This document shows, piece after piece, positions 8,229 through 16,947 of a stretch of DNA of 64,000 nucleotides (position 1 is the first letter of the stretch; every line of letters begins with the position of its first letter). Location: NCBI GenBank assembly GCA_022566515.1, contig JADFIT010000001.1, positions 16,685-80,684 on the forward strand, given 5' to 3'. The notes under the pieces were generated by a model. The model had not been told where the DNA came from and searched no databases. It worked only from the letters and a program-made list of their open reading frames with translations. The position numbers and the translations under genes were made by a program. The stretch is from Gemmatimonadota bacterium. Lineage in GTDB: Bacteria; Gemmatimonadota; Gemmatimonadetes; Gemmatimonadales; GWC2-71-9.

Positions 8229-9907
8229 CTGGCCCGGCGTCGTGCTCACCTGGGATCCTCTCGCGCTGCGGAGTAGCAGCGGTGACGCTCGTCGTCGCAG
8301 TCACTGGAGCATCTGCTCAGTCCGTTCCGGATACCACCGCACTTCAGCGCGCCCTGGCCGTGCCAACGACTCGCACGATCGATGCGCACATCAAGTTTCT
8401 CGCAGATGACCTCTTGGAGGGCCGAGCGCCCGGAACACGGGGCGCGGCGATAGCCGCCCGCTACATCCAATCGCGGTTCGAGGAAGCGGGCCTCCAACCG
8501 GGTGCGCCGGATGGAACTTTCTTCCAGCAGGTTCGGCTGGTCGGCGTCACTCCGTCGCCGTCACTGGTCGTCGGAGTCGCGCGCCGTACCATGGTGCTGC
8601 AGTACCTGGAAGAGTTCGTCGCCTGGCCCCAGGGCCCAGACCGAAGCGTGATCGCCGATGGAGAGATCGTGTTCGTCGGTTACGGTATCGACGCACCAGC
8701 ATGGAGCTGGGACGACTACAAGCTGGAGCCATTGACGGGCAAGATTTTGCTGATGCTCGTCAACGATCCGGGTCTCCGCGATTCGTCCGTGTTCAACGGA
8801 CGGGCGATGACCTACTACGGGAGCTGGAGCTACAAACTCGAACAAGCTGCGCGGCTGGGTGCCGCTGGCGCCCTGCTGATACATACGAACGAAAGCGCAA
8901 CATATCCCTGGACGGTGGTGCAGAATTCCTGGTCCGGCCAACAGATCCAAATCGAAGGACAAACTCCCCAAACACTGCGCTTCGGCGCTTGGATCACCGA
9001 GCGAGCCGCACGGCAGATCGTCAGGGCGGCGGGCATTGATTACGACCTCATGGTTCGGCGCGCAGCGCGACGTGACTTCCACCCCGTCACGCTGAACGCG
9101 CATGCGGTCATCGACATTGCCAGCCGCGTTCGGCGCTTCACTTCCGTGAACGTCATCGGGCGATTGGAAACAGACCACGGAGACGACGGAGAGATTGTCG
9201 TGCTAACGGCGCACTACGATCACCGCGGCATCGGCACTGCCCTCAACGGTGACTCCATCTACAACGGCGCCCAGGACAACGCGTCAGGTGTCGCAGGACT
9301 GCTGGCAACAGCTGCGGGTTTGGCCGCCGCCGGGCCGCCGCCGAATCGTTCCCTTTACTTCGTGGCCACGACGGCCAAAGAATCCGGGCTCCTCGGGGCA
9401 ACCGCCTTCATTCGTTCCCCGCCCGTACCCCTGGCGCGAATAGCCGCAGCAATAAACCTCGACGGGGCCAACGTGTGGGGTGCTACCAGAGACGTGGTCA
9501 TGTTGGGTGCGGAGCTATCCACCCTGGGGAAGCTCGCCGAGGCGGTCGCCCGCGCAGAAGGCCTTACGTTACTGGCGGACCCCAACCCCGAGACTGGGAG
9601 CTTCTTCCACTCCGACCATTTCCCCTTCGCAAGGGCCGGCGTCCCAGTCCTCTTCCTTGGCACCGGCCGGGACTTCGTGAACCGCCCGCCTGACTGGGGC
9701 CGTACCGAAACCGAGAAGTACCTGGCCAACCGGTACCATCAACCGTCGGATGAATATGACCCCAACTTCCGCTACGAAGGCCTGATGCAGCAAGTAGCCT
9801 TAATGACGCGCCTGGCATGGACCCTGGCTGGCAGTCTCGTGTTTCCCGTCTGGAACGAAGATGCCGAGTTTCGCCAAGCCGGCGAGCGGCTGCGGCCCGG
9901 TCGGTAA
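8216..9907 (+). CDS. M28-family aminopeptidase with inserted PA (protease-associated) domain
   Basis: It has a signal peptide and the metal-ligand context TAHYDHRGIG...YNGAQDNASGVAGLLATA...FVATTAKESGLLGA...HSDHFPFARAGVP. It overlaps the upstream gene by 13 nt. The start could instead be the second Met. Confidence 0.85.
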   Translation: MPHMTGPASCSPGILSRCGVAAVTLVVAVTGASAQSVPDTTALQRALAVPTTRTIDAHIKFLADDLLEGRAPGTRGAAIAARYIQSRFEEAGLQPGAPDGTFFQQVRLVGVTPSPSLVVGVARRTMVLQYLEEFVAWPQGPDRSVIADGEIVFVGYGIDAPAWSWDDYKLEPLTGKILLMLVNDPGLRDSSVFNGRAMTYYGSWSYKLEQAARLGAAGALLIHTNESATYPWTVVQNSWSGQQIQIEGQTPQTLRFGAWITERAARQIVRAAGIDYDLMVRRAARRDFHPVTLNAHAVIDIASRVRRFTSVNVIGRLETDHGDDGEIVVLTAHYDHRGIGTALNGDSIYNGAQDNASGVAGLLATAAGLAAAGPPPNRSLYFVATTAKESGLLGATAFIRSPPVPLARIAAAINLDGANVWGATRDVVMLGAELSTLGKLAEAVARAEGLTLLADPNPETGSFFHSDHFPFARAGVPVLFLGTGRDFVNRPPDWGRTETEKYLANRYHQPSDEYDPNFRYEGLMQQVALMTRLAWTLAGSLVFPVWNEDAEFRQAGERLRPGR

Positions 9908-10014
9908 TTCAACCTCTTACCCTGATCCCGTAAAAACGGTAATTTCCCGCGCGGTTCGCCGGCTTCGCTGTCAAATTTAGAGGAGCACATCTGCAACTCC
10001 CTACCTCACACAGG

Positions 10015-11097
10015 GTGCCCGTGACTTGGCTGCGGACCCATGCGTCCACACCAATTCGCCTGCGTACCCTGACCGAAATCCTGCCCCCAGAAGCTGTCGA
10101 CCGAGAGGAAGTCGCAGCTCTCAGAAGCGAATTGCTCCAATACAAGGGGGTCACGGAGATTATCAAGAAACAGCGCAGCAACGGCGTCTGGGCGTCGAAC
10201 ATCCTTGGCCTTGGAGAATCCAAGTCATTGGGGATAAAGGATATAGGTACAGTCTCCCAGTATCGACGCCTTTTGGAACTTGGCGTTCCAGTCACCGACG
10301 GCGCGGTGCAACTCACCAACAGGTTGTTCTACCGACTACTCTCGCGCGATATGGATCCCAAGCTTCTGTTCGAGTACCAGAAAGCCGCCAAAACCAATCC
10401 AGATCTGGTTATCTGGGCCCGGGCGTCCATGCACGAGGCGGCCGCCGCCGCGCTGGCCCACGCCGGGCTGGTCGAAGACCCCCGGGTCAGAGGAGCAGCC
10501 CAGCATGTAGTCGACGCCTTGTCACATTTCCTCAAGAGTGACGCAGCAACAAAACCCACTGTCAAAAAGGGGATGAGGCACATCCTCAACCCAGATGCAC
10601 ACCCACCCAGCATCTACTCGGTCGCGCTCCTTGCCTACATGCCGAATTTTCAGCGCGAGCAGGCCAGTTTCATCGAGCTGCTACAGCAGTTTCTAGCCCA
10701 ACCAGCTCCCAAGAAGTCCTTCGTCGTCTTGGTGGGAAAGAAGAGCTACAAGCCCACAACACAAATACTGGGAGATCCCCTGCAAAACGACAGCGCCGGC
10801 CGGCCAAAGGATCTGCCGTTTGCACTTCATTGGATGGAGTTGCTGGCACGGCTGAATTGGCTCCGTGCTTCGCCTTCCGCTCAACGTGCCCTCGCACGAC
10901 TCCTGAAGGATTGCGACGCTGAAGGGGTCTGGACGGCAAAGGGGCTCCGATCGTTCCCCAAGAGCCCGGCCGGCCTCACCAGATTTACCTTTCCCTTGGA
11001 GCACAGCGACAAGAAACAAGAGGCGCGCCGGGCAGACGTCACCTTCCGACTGGCCCACCTGGCCAAACTGATGGGGCTAGAATTGGAGTACCGCTAG
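10015..11097 (+). CDS. Hypothetical protein, all-alpha, with a squalene-cyclase/prenyltransferase-like QW-type motif
   Basis: 360-aa ORF with a GTG start. IIKKQRSNGVW fits Q-x3-G-x-W. A second similar element is DCDAEGVW. The sequence looks helix-rich. I recognise no family match. Confidence 0.55.
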   Translation: MPVTWLRTHASTPIRLRTLTEILPPEAVDREEVAALRSELLQYKGVTEIIKKQRSNGVWASNILGLGESKSLGIKDIGTVSQYRRLLELGVPVTDGAVQLTNRLFYRLLSRDMDPKLLFEYQKAAKTNPDLVIWARASMHEAAAAALAHAGLVEDPRVRGAAQHVVDALSHFLKSDAATKPTVKKGMRHILNPDAHPPSIYSVALLAYMPNFQREQASFIELLQQFLAQPAPKKSFVVLVGKKSYKPTTQILGDPLQNDSAGRPKDLPFALHWMELLARLNWLRASPSAQRALARLLKDCDAEGVWTAKGLRSFPKSPAGLTRFTFPLEHSDKKQEARRADVTFRLAHLAKLMGLELEYR

Positions 11098-11116
11098 GAG
11101 TAATTAGGGTACCTGT

Positions 11117-11830
11117 CTATTGTAACTTCGAACTCAAGCTGTGTTCTACCAGATGCACCGCAGCCCCCTTCACAGCGCCACGTATAGCAGGGTCGGTTGT
11201 CCAATACCCTGATGTACTCTCACCCACCTTCGCGATCACCGCTACATCCCCAGCCAGAAGAAGGAATACCGCACCGCCGAAGAGCACCTCTGCTCGAGTT
11301 TCGTCTATCGATCCCCTTGGGTCCACCGGCAGGTCACCAGGGTCTTGGCCGATGATCCATACGGCACTCGGACGGGAGTCCATGGCCCGCCGGTGCCAGG
11401 CTGGCCCCAGCGCCGCAATGAGATCAGAAGTCCCAACACAGGTCACCTCTCCCGGCTCCCGGGCCAGCGTCCGCAGTGCGACATCCAGCAGCCCCCTCGT
11501 GCCTCGAAGCTGCACGATCGTGGCGCCGCTCGGCTGCCCGAGACCCTGGATCTGTGATTCCAGGACATCGAGCCTTCGGGTCTGGGCATCGATGATTCTG
11601 GCAAGAATCGCATCAGGGCGCTCCGCCCGGTAACGCTGCGGCTGATCGTCACTCGACGTCGCCGCACCCTTGGCCACCAGCCCGTTCAGCGCCTGATAGG
11701 CGTTGGCCCTTGCGATGCTCAACGCTTTGGCCAGAGCATACCCGCTGCACGGGCCCAAATCCAGAAGGGCTCCATAGGCGCGGTTCTCGGTTGGCGTAAA
11801 GCCAAACGGTGTCAGATCGACGTCTGCCAT
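11117..11830 (-). CDS. TrmB-family (winged-helix) transcriptional regulator
   Basis: The N-terminus FGFTPTENRAYGALLDLGPCSGYALAKALSIARANAYQALNGLVAKGA is a typical TrmB-type HTH. The C-terminal domain has no motif I recognise. Confidence 0.75.
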   Translation of the reverse strand: MADVDLTPFGFTPTENRAYGALLDLGPCSGYALAKALSIARANAYQALNGLVAKGAATSSDDQPQRYRAERPDAILARIIDAQTRRLDVLESQIQGLGQPSGATIVQLRGTRGLLDVALRTLAREPGEVTCVGTSDLIAALGPAWHRRAMDSRPSAVWIIGQDPGDLPVDPRGSIDETRAEVLFGGAVFLLLAGDVAVIAKVGESTSGYWTTDPAIRGAVKGAAVHLVEHSLSSKLQ

Positions 11831-11834
11831 GAGA

Positions 11835-11850
11835 AGTAGTTGTTACTACT
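11835..11850. promoter_or_regulatory. Inverted repeat AGTAGT-tgtt-ACTACT, candidate operator just upstream of the TrmB-family gene start
   Basis: Read directly: catgagaAGTAGTtgttACTACTactaag. It begins 5 nt upstream of the start codon (minus strand). A related repeat lies at 36621-36641. Confidence 0.3.
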
Positions 11851-11948
11851 ACTAAGCAGACACTGCCGTTATCGCAATAGAGGTAGCTTCCCGGTCGTTG
11901 CCCGGCCACCCCAACCGCATGGGGTTGGGGGTTGCCCCCCTTTACCCA

Positions 11949-14399
11949 TCAGCTCAGGGTGGTGACAAGGTCGGGGCTTCGACTCGCCTTGTCCTTCCCC
12001 GCAGGGAGGTCGCCCAGCCGGAGGGCCGCGTCGAGTACATCACCGAGTGTGGCTGCCGGATGCACGGTTATTAGCTGTCTCTCGGCTTCGCTGAGGTCCT
12101 CCAGATCGGGAAGATTGTCCTTGGGGATGATGACGTTGGTGATCCCGGCCCGAACGGCGCCCAGAATTTTCTCCTTCACCCCACCGATGGGTAGAACCCG
12201 ACCAGATAGCGTGACCTCACCGGTCATCGCCACGTCGTGACGAACCGGGACGCCGCAAAGAACACTCACAAGCGAGACGGCCATGGTCACACCCGCCGAG
12301 GGTCCATCCTTGGGAATGGCTCCGGCTGGAACGTGAATGTGAATGTCCTTGTCGTTCAAGAGTTCGGGATCGATTCCCAACTCTTCGGCATGGGATTTGG
12401 CATAGGTCAGGGCCGCCCTGGCTGATTCCTTCATCACCTCGCCCAGATGGCCGGTTAGGACCAGTTGACCCTTTCCACCCATGACCGAAACCTCGACGAA
12501 CATGATGTCGCCACCGGCAGGCGTGTAGTACATGCCGGTTGCCACACCCACTTGGTCTTCCCGGGCAGCTCGCTCCGGATGGACGGTTGGCCGGCCGATC
12601 AGATCACCGATTTCGGCTTTCTTGAGCTCGAACCCTTTCACCTCGCCCGCCTCGATCTTCCGCGCCACCTTCCGCGCGACCCTGCCCAACTCTCGTTCAA
12701 GTTGTCGGACTCCTGCCTCTCTGGTGTATCTCGATATCAGAGCACAGAGAGCCTTATCACCCAGCTCCAGTTGGTTGGCGTCGAGTCCTGCATCTCTCAG
12801 TTGGCGAGGCAGCAGGTATCTGCGCGCGATCATCAACTTTTCCGCCTCTGTATAGCCAGAGAACTCCACCACCTCCATCCTATCCAACAGGGGGCCCGGG
12901 ATGTTCTGGATAAAGTTCGCTGTGGCCACGAAGAGAACTTCCGAAAGGTCGAATGGCACACCGAGATAGTGGTCGGTGAACGTATCGTTCTGCGCCGGAT
13001 CTAGCACTTCAAGAAGCGCGGAGGCGGGATTGCCCTGGTGAGACACGCCAAGTTTGTCGACTTCGTCCAAGAGAAAAACCGGATTCTTCGTTCCAACCGT
13101 CTTCATCCCCTGCATGAGCCGTCCCAGCATCGCACCGACATATGTGCGGCGGTGCCCACGAATGTCGGCCTCGTCCCGTGCCCCACCCAGTGAAATGCGA
13201 ACGTACTTCCTTCCCATAGCACGAGCGATGGACTTGGCGATCGAGGTCTTGCCGACGCCAGGTGGCCCTACGAACAAGAGTATCGGACCCTTCGGCTGCT
13301 TGTCGTCCTCGTTGCCCGGTGCCTCCGGCATCTCGTCGGAACCGCCAGCCAGTCGCTTCGCTTGACGCAGCTTGCGCACGGCGAGGAACTCCAACACACG
13401 GTCCTTCACGTCCTGCAGGCCGTAGTGATCCTCATCGAGAATCGCCGCAGCTTCCTGGAGATCTAGGTGGTCTTCACTGCGCTCGTTCCACGGCAGCTCC
13501 GCAATCGTCTCCAAATAGGTTCGAATCACCTGAGATTCCATGGAATCTGAAGACGTACGCCCTAGCCGAGACAGTTCTCGCTCTACCTCTTTTCGTGCCT
13601 CTTCCGGAAGGTCCAGTCCCTGCAACCGCTCCCGCAATTCATCGATCTCGCCTTCCGATTCCTCTTCACCCAGCTCCTTGCGAATGGCCTTGAGCTGTTC
13701 CCTCAAGAACATCTCGCGTTGCTTGTGGCCAATCTCCTCCTGAACCTGATTCTTGATGTCTTCCTGGACCTCCAGCAGCTCGATCTGCCGCTGCACGTGT
13801 ATCAACACACGCCGCAGGCGCTCTTCCACGCCCAGCGTCTCGAGTACTGCCTGGCGCTCCTTTGGCGAGATATCGAGATACCCACCGACAACGTCGGCCA
13901 GGGCACCGGCGTCACTCACTGTTTGAAGCACCTGCTGCACAGTCTCCGCCGAAATACCGGTCTTCTCTCCTAGCTCCGCCGCGCGTTCCCGCAGCTCCTT
14001 GTACAGAGCGGCGAACGCTGCATCAGCCGGATCTATCGGTTGGAGATCCAACGCCTCCTGAACGATGGCCACGATGTGATCAGCTTTCTTGTTGTACTGA
14101 AGCACCGTGGCGCGGTATTCGCCATGTAGCAGCAGCTGGATTCCACCCAACCCACGCTGCATCTGACCTATCTTCGCCACCACGCCGATCGTGTGAAGGA
14201 TCTCGGGATCAACCGCCTCCACGTTCTCCCGCTGTGATACTGCGAAGACGAGCCGGTCTTCCGTGTTCACGGCAGCTTCAATGGCTCGGAGCGTCCCCGG
14301 CCGGCCGGCTCCCACCGGAGCCGTCACTCCTGGGAAAAGCACCAGATCCCGAAGTGGGAGCACTGGCAATCGCAGGCGTTCTTTGGGCTTTTCGCTCAT
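11949..14399 (-). CDS. lon: ATP-dependent Lon protease (endopeptidase La)
   Basis: Walker A GPPGVGKTS, the substrate-binding N domain (LPVLPLRDLVLFPG) and the protease motif PKDGPSAGVTM are present. I prefer the start at MSEKPKERL (14399) over the track's 14495, because the extra 32 aa (MFSLWRYRLAAQ...) look non-native. Confidence 0.95.
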   Translation of the reverse strand: MSEKPKERLRLPVLPLRDLVLFPGVTAPVGAGRPGTLRAIEAAVNTEDRLVFAVSQRENVEAVDPEILHTIGVVAKIGQMQRGLGGIQLLLHGEYRATVLQYNKKADHIVAIVQEALDLQPIDPADAAFAALYKELRERAAELGEKTGISAETVQQVLQTVSDAGALADVVGGYLDISPKERQAVLETLGVEERLRRVLIHVQRQIELLEVQEDIKNQVQEEIGHKQREMFLREQLKAIRKELGEEESEGEIDELRERLQGLDLPEEARKEVERELSRLGRTSSDSMESQVIRTYLETIAELPWNERSEDHLDLQEAAAILDEDHYGLQDVKDRVLEFLAVRKLRQAKRLAGGSDEMPEAPGNEDDKQPKGPILLFVGPPGVGKTSIAKSIARAMGRKYVRISLGGARDEADIRGHRRTYVGAMLGRLMQGMKTVGTKNPVFLLDEVDKLGVSHQGNPASALLEVLDPAQNDTFTDHYLGVPFDLSEVLFVATANFIQNIPGPLLDRMEVVEFSGYTEAEKLMIARRYLLPRQLRDAGLDANQLELGDKALCALISRYTREAGVRQLERELGRVARKVARKIEAGEVKGFELKKAEIGDLIGRPTVHPERAAREDQVGVATGMYYTPAGGDIMFVEVSVMGGKGQLVLTGHLGEVMKESARAALTYAKSHAEELGIDPELLNDKDIHIHVPAGAIPKDGPSAGVTMAVSLVSVLCGVPVRHDVAMTGEVTLSGRVLPIGGVKEKILGAVRAGITNVIIPKDNLPDLEDLSEAERQLITVHPAATLGDVLDAALRLGDLPAGKDKASRSPDLVTTLS

Positions 14400-14482
14400 T
14401 GTATCTAGCTTCCGTACGGGAAAATCATCACGCTTCATTACCACGCCACACTGCACCGTTTGTGCCGCCAGGCGGTACCTCC

Positions 14483-14513
14483 ATAACGAAAACACCGCGT
14501 TAACGGCGGTGTT
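14483..14513 (-). terminator. Rho-independent-type terminator downstream of the 87-codon ORF
   Basis: On the minus strand the stem AACACCGC / GCGGTGTT (8 bp, 7-nt loop) runs directly into TTTTCGTT. Confidence 0.55.
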
Positions 14514-14579
14514 CCTGACATCGGTGGCGCTTGCATGAAGACTGTTACTGCCAAAATGGCAGTCCTCGACTGCCGGGGG

Positions 14580-14843
14580 CTACCTTTTTCGTATTTTTCT
14601 GGCTCCTTCGAGACACGAGAGCAAGTCAGCATCACTCGAGTCGCCCAACAATCCGGCACTCATCGTCGTCTCACGCTCCGCCTCGTCGGGGTTGGATTCA
14701 CACACGAAGCGAACAATATCCGCCGGCCCCAGGGACCCACTGCCACCTCCGGTAGTGTTCACAATCCCAGAGGTTCTGCCGATGCGCTCTACCTTCCAAC
14801 TTTTGCCTTCGCGGTCACTAAATGTTCGCATGGAGCCTGTCAC
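14580..14843 (-). CDS. Small hypothetical protein (87 aa)
   Basis: The ORF MTGSMRTFSDREGKSWKVERIGRTSGIV...ADIVRFVCESNPDEAERE has protein-like composition and is followed by its own terminator hairpin. No family is recognised. Confidence 0.5.
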   Translation of the reverse strand: MTGSMRTFSDREGKSWKVERIGRTSGIVNTTGGGSGSLGPADIVRFVCESNPDEAERETTMSAGLLGDSSDADLLSCLEGARKIRKR

Positions 14844-15031
14844 CGATTCCGTAGCCGAACGGTTGCCAGAGAGTTAGAGCCGCAGTAATCTACGGACACT
14901 TCGGACCCGATGCCACATCTCCGGTGACCTGGCGAGCAGCGCCGTCGAGTCGGGGGTAATGGTCTATTCCTTGCGTGGCTGCTACGCGGGAAGATCCCCG
15001 CACACTGCGAGCGGTTCAAGTCAGGAGTCTG

Positions 15032-16933
15032 ATGGCGGAAACCAACACCCCATCCCTTGCTGCACGACTGGCCGATTCCCTGACGGACGAGTACACCATC
15101 GAGGGCGAAATCGGACGCGGCGGCATGGGGGTTGTCTTTCTGGCCCGAGATCTGAAGCTGAAGCGTCGGGTTGCCATCAAAGTCTTGCCACCCGATTTGG
15201 CGTACCGATCTGAGATCCGGACCCGTTTCGCCCGTGAAGCTCAGACCGCGGCGCGCCTCTCCCATCCCCACATTGTTCCGATCCATGCGGTTGGCGAAGC
15301 CGATGGGCTCGTTTATTTCGTCATGGGGTTCGTAGACGGCGAGCCACTCGGCGCCCGGCTCAAACGCAGAGGAAAGCTCCCCATCGAGGAAGTCCGGCGT
15401 ATCATGAAGGAAACGTCGGACGCGTTGGGAATGGCGCACACGATGGGAATCATCCACAGAGACATCAAACCCGACAACATCCTGTTGGACGGTACGCGGC
15501 GGCGGGTGATGGTTACTGATTTCGGGATAGCCAAGGCGATGACCGATGCGGGTAGCGGCAATCTGACGGGAACCGGAGTCGCTATCGGTACGCCGACGTA
15601 CATGAGTCCCGAACAGGCCGCCGGCGAGAGTGACATAGACGCTCGCAGCGATCTCTACTCCCTCGGAGTGGTAGGCTACGAGATGCTCTTGGGCCGGGTG
15701 CCGTTCAAGGCATCCACGGTACCCGGCATACTCATGAAACAGATCACCGAGCCCCCACCCGACATCATGGTGAGTCGACCCGAGTGTCCCGAGGAGTTGG
15801 CGGCCACCGTCATGCGGTGTCTCGAGAAGGATCCAGAAAGCCGCTGGTCCACGGCCGATGCGCTGCGGCGGGCCTTGGAGAGCCGCACGTCAGCGCCCTA
15901 CCGAAAACCGTCCCGGCCCTCGGCTTCCAGGAGCCGCCCGGCCCACGGCCGCCCCCGCCCCAAACGTGAGCGGCCGTGGCAAGAGTGGGACGACGATTCC
16001 CGGCCCGTTCCCGCGCAGCGGAGACCACGCGATCGGGCAGCGCGGCGGGAGCGTCCCGCGGCCAAGCAACCGGCCAAGGGCACCGATTCCGCCGAGCCGA
16101 AGATCGTCCGTCATTTTCGCAGCGCCTTCGCCTCATACGTTTCGGTCAACGGCAGCCTGATGATGCTGAACCTGTTGACGGGAATCGACCAGCCTTGGTT
16201 CCTCTTTTGCGCCATCCCATGGGGGATCGGCATGGCCTCGAACTACGGCAAGCTATGGACGTCTGGCTACAGCTGGCGGGACGTCATCAATCGGCCGCCG
16301 GCCGCAGACGCGATCGAGGCGCCGAAGTCGAAGAAAAAGCGAGGCTCCGAAAAACGATTGCCGCAAGCGTCGGTGGCTCAGGAAGCAAGCACAGGCGACT
16401 ACGGCAAGCTGGCGGGACAGATGCGTCAACTCCAGTCTGATCGGCAGGCCATCATGCAGATGGTTGAGCGGCTCCCTGACTCCGAAAGGCAGCTCCTACC
16501 TGACATCTCCCCCACCGTGGACGCACTCATGAATCGAGCGGTGGAATTGGGACGCACTCTCAAGCAGATGGAGGGTGAGGTGGACCAGAGTGCCTTGGAC
16601 AAGCTGGACGGTCGGCTGAAGGAACTCGAATCGCAAGGTCCGGGACCTGAACGCGAGCGCCGACTCGACTTGATGAGACGTCAGCGACAAACGCTCGTCG
16701 ATCTCATAGAGCGCCGCACCAAAGTCGAGGCACAGTTCGAGTCATGCGCTCTCGCAATCCAAAACGTGCGTTTCGACTTGTTGCGGCTGCGTTCAGCCGG
16801 CGTGAGCGCCGTACTGGACAACCTGACGATGGTTACGCAGCAGGCGAAGGCGCTGGCCATCGACGTAAACGCCGCCATCGACGCGGCTGGCGAGATCAGA
16901 GAGGCAATAGGAAGGTCGACGCCGAGACCGTGA
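15032..16933 (+). CDS. Hanks-type Ser/Thr protein kinase with basic linker, 2TM hairpin and C-terminal coiled-coil domain
   Basis: Kinase motifs GRGGMGVV, AIKVL, HRDIKPDNILL, DFGIAK and GTPTYMSPEQ are present. The start is taken at MAETN (AGGAG 5 nt upstream). An Arg/Pro-rich linker is followed by two adjacent TM helices (FRSAFASYVSVNGSLMMLNLLTG..WFLFCAIPWGIGMASNYG) and a ~200-aa heptad-rich tail. Confidence 0.9.
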   Translation: MAETNTPSLAARLADSLTDEYTIEGEIGRGGMGVVFLARDLKLKRRVAIKVLPPDLAYRSEIRTRFAREAQTAARLSHPHIVPIHAVGEADGLVYFVMGFVDGEPLGARLKRRGKLPIEEVRRIMKETSDALGMAHTMGIIHRDIKPDNILLDGTRRRVMVTDFGIAKAMTDAGSGNLTGTGVAIGTPTYMSPEQAAGESDIDARSDLYSLGVVGYEMLLGRVPFKASTVPGILMKQITEPPPDIMVSRPECPEELAATVMRCLEKDPESRWSTADALRRALESRTSAPYRKPSRPSASRSRPAHGRPRPKRERPWQEWDDDSRPVPAQRRPRDRAARRERPAAKQPAKGTDSAEPKIVRHFRSAFASYVSVNGSLMMLNLLTGIDQPWFLFCAIPWGIGMASNYGKLWTSGYSWRDVINRPPAADAIEAPKSKKKRGSEKRLPQASVAQEASTGDYGKLAGQMRQLQSDRQAIMQMVERLPDSERQLLPDISPTVDALMNRAVELGRTLKQMEGEVDQSALDKLDGRLKELESQGPGPERERRLDLMRRQRQTLVDLIERRTKVEAQFESCALAIQNVRFDLLRLRSAGVSAVLDNLTMVTQQAKALAIDVNAAIDAAGEIREAIGRSTPRP

Positions 16934-16947
16934 TTTCTTTGTTCTCA

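Noticed and set aside
11909-11930. 8-bp hairpin CCCCAACC-gcatgg-GGTTGGGG just downstream of the lon stop
   Set aside because: On the lon (minus) strand it is not followed by a U-tract, so it does not qualify as a canonical intrinsic terminator. It may still be an RNA-stabilising or Rho-related element, but I cannot support a call.
14400-14495. Upstream extension of lon to the track start at 14495
   Set aside because: The extra 32 residues (MFSLWRYRLAAQTVQCGVVMKRDDFPVRKLDT) have no counterpart in Lon N-termini as I know them. The extension would also run into the terminator hairpin of the upstream small ORF. MSEKPKERLRLPVLPLRD is a typical Lon start.
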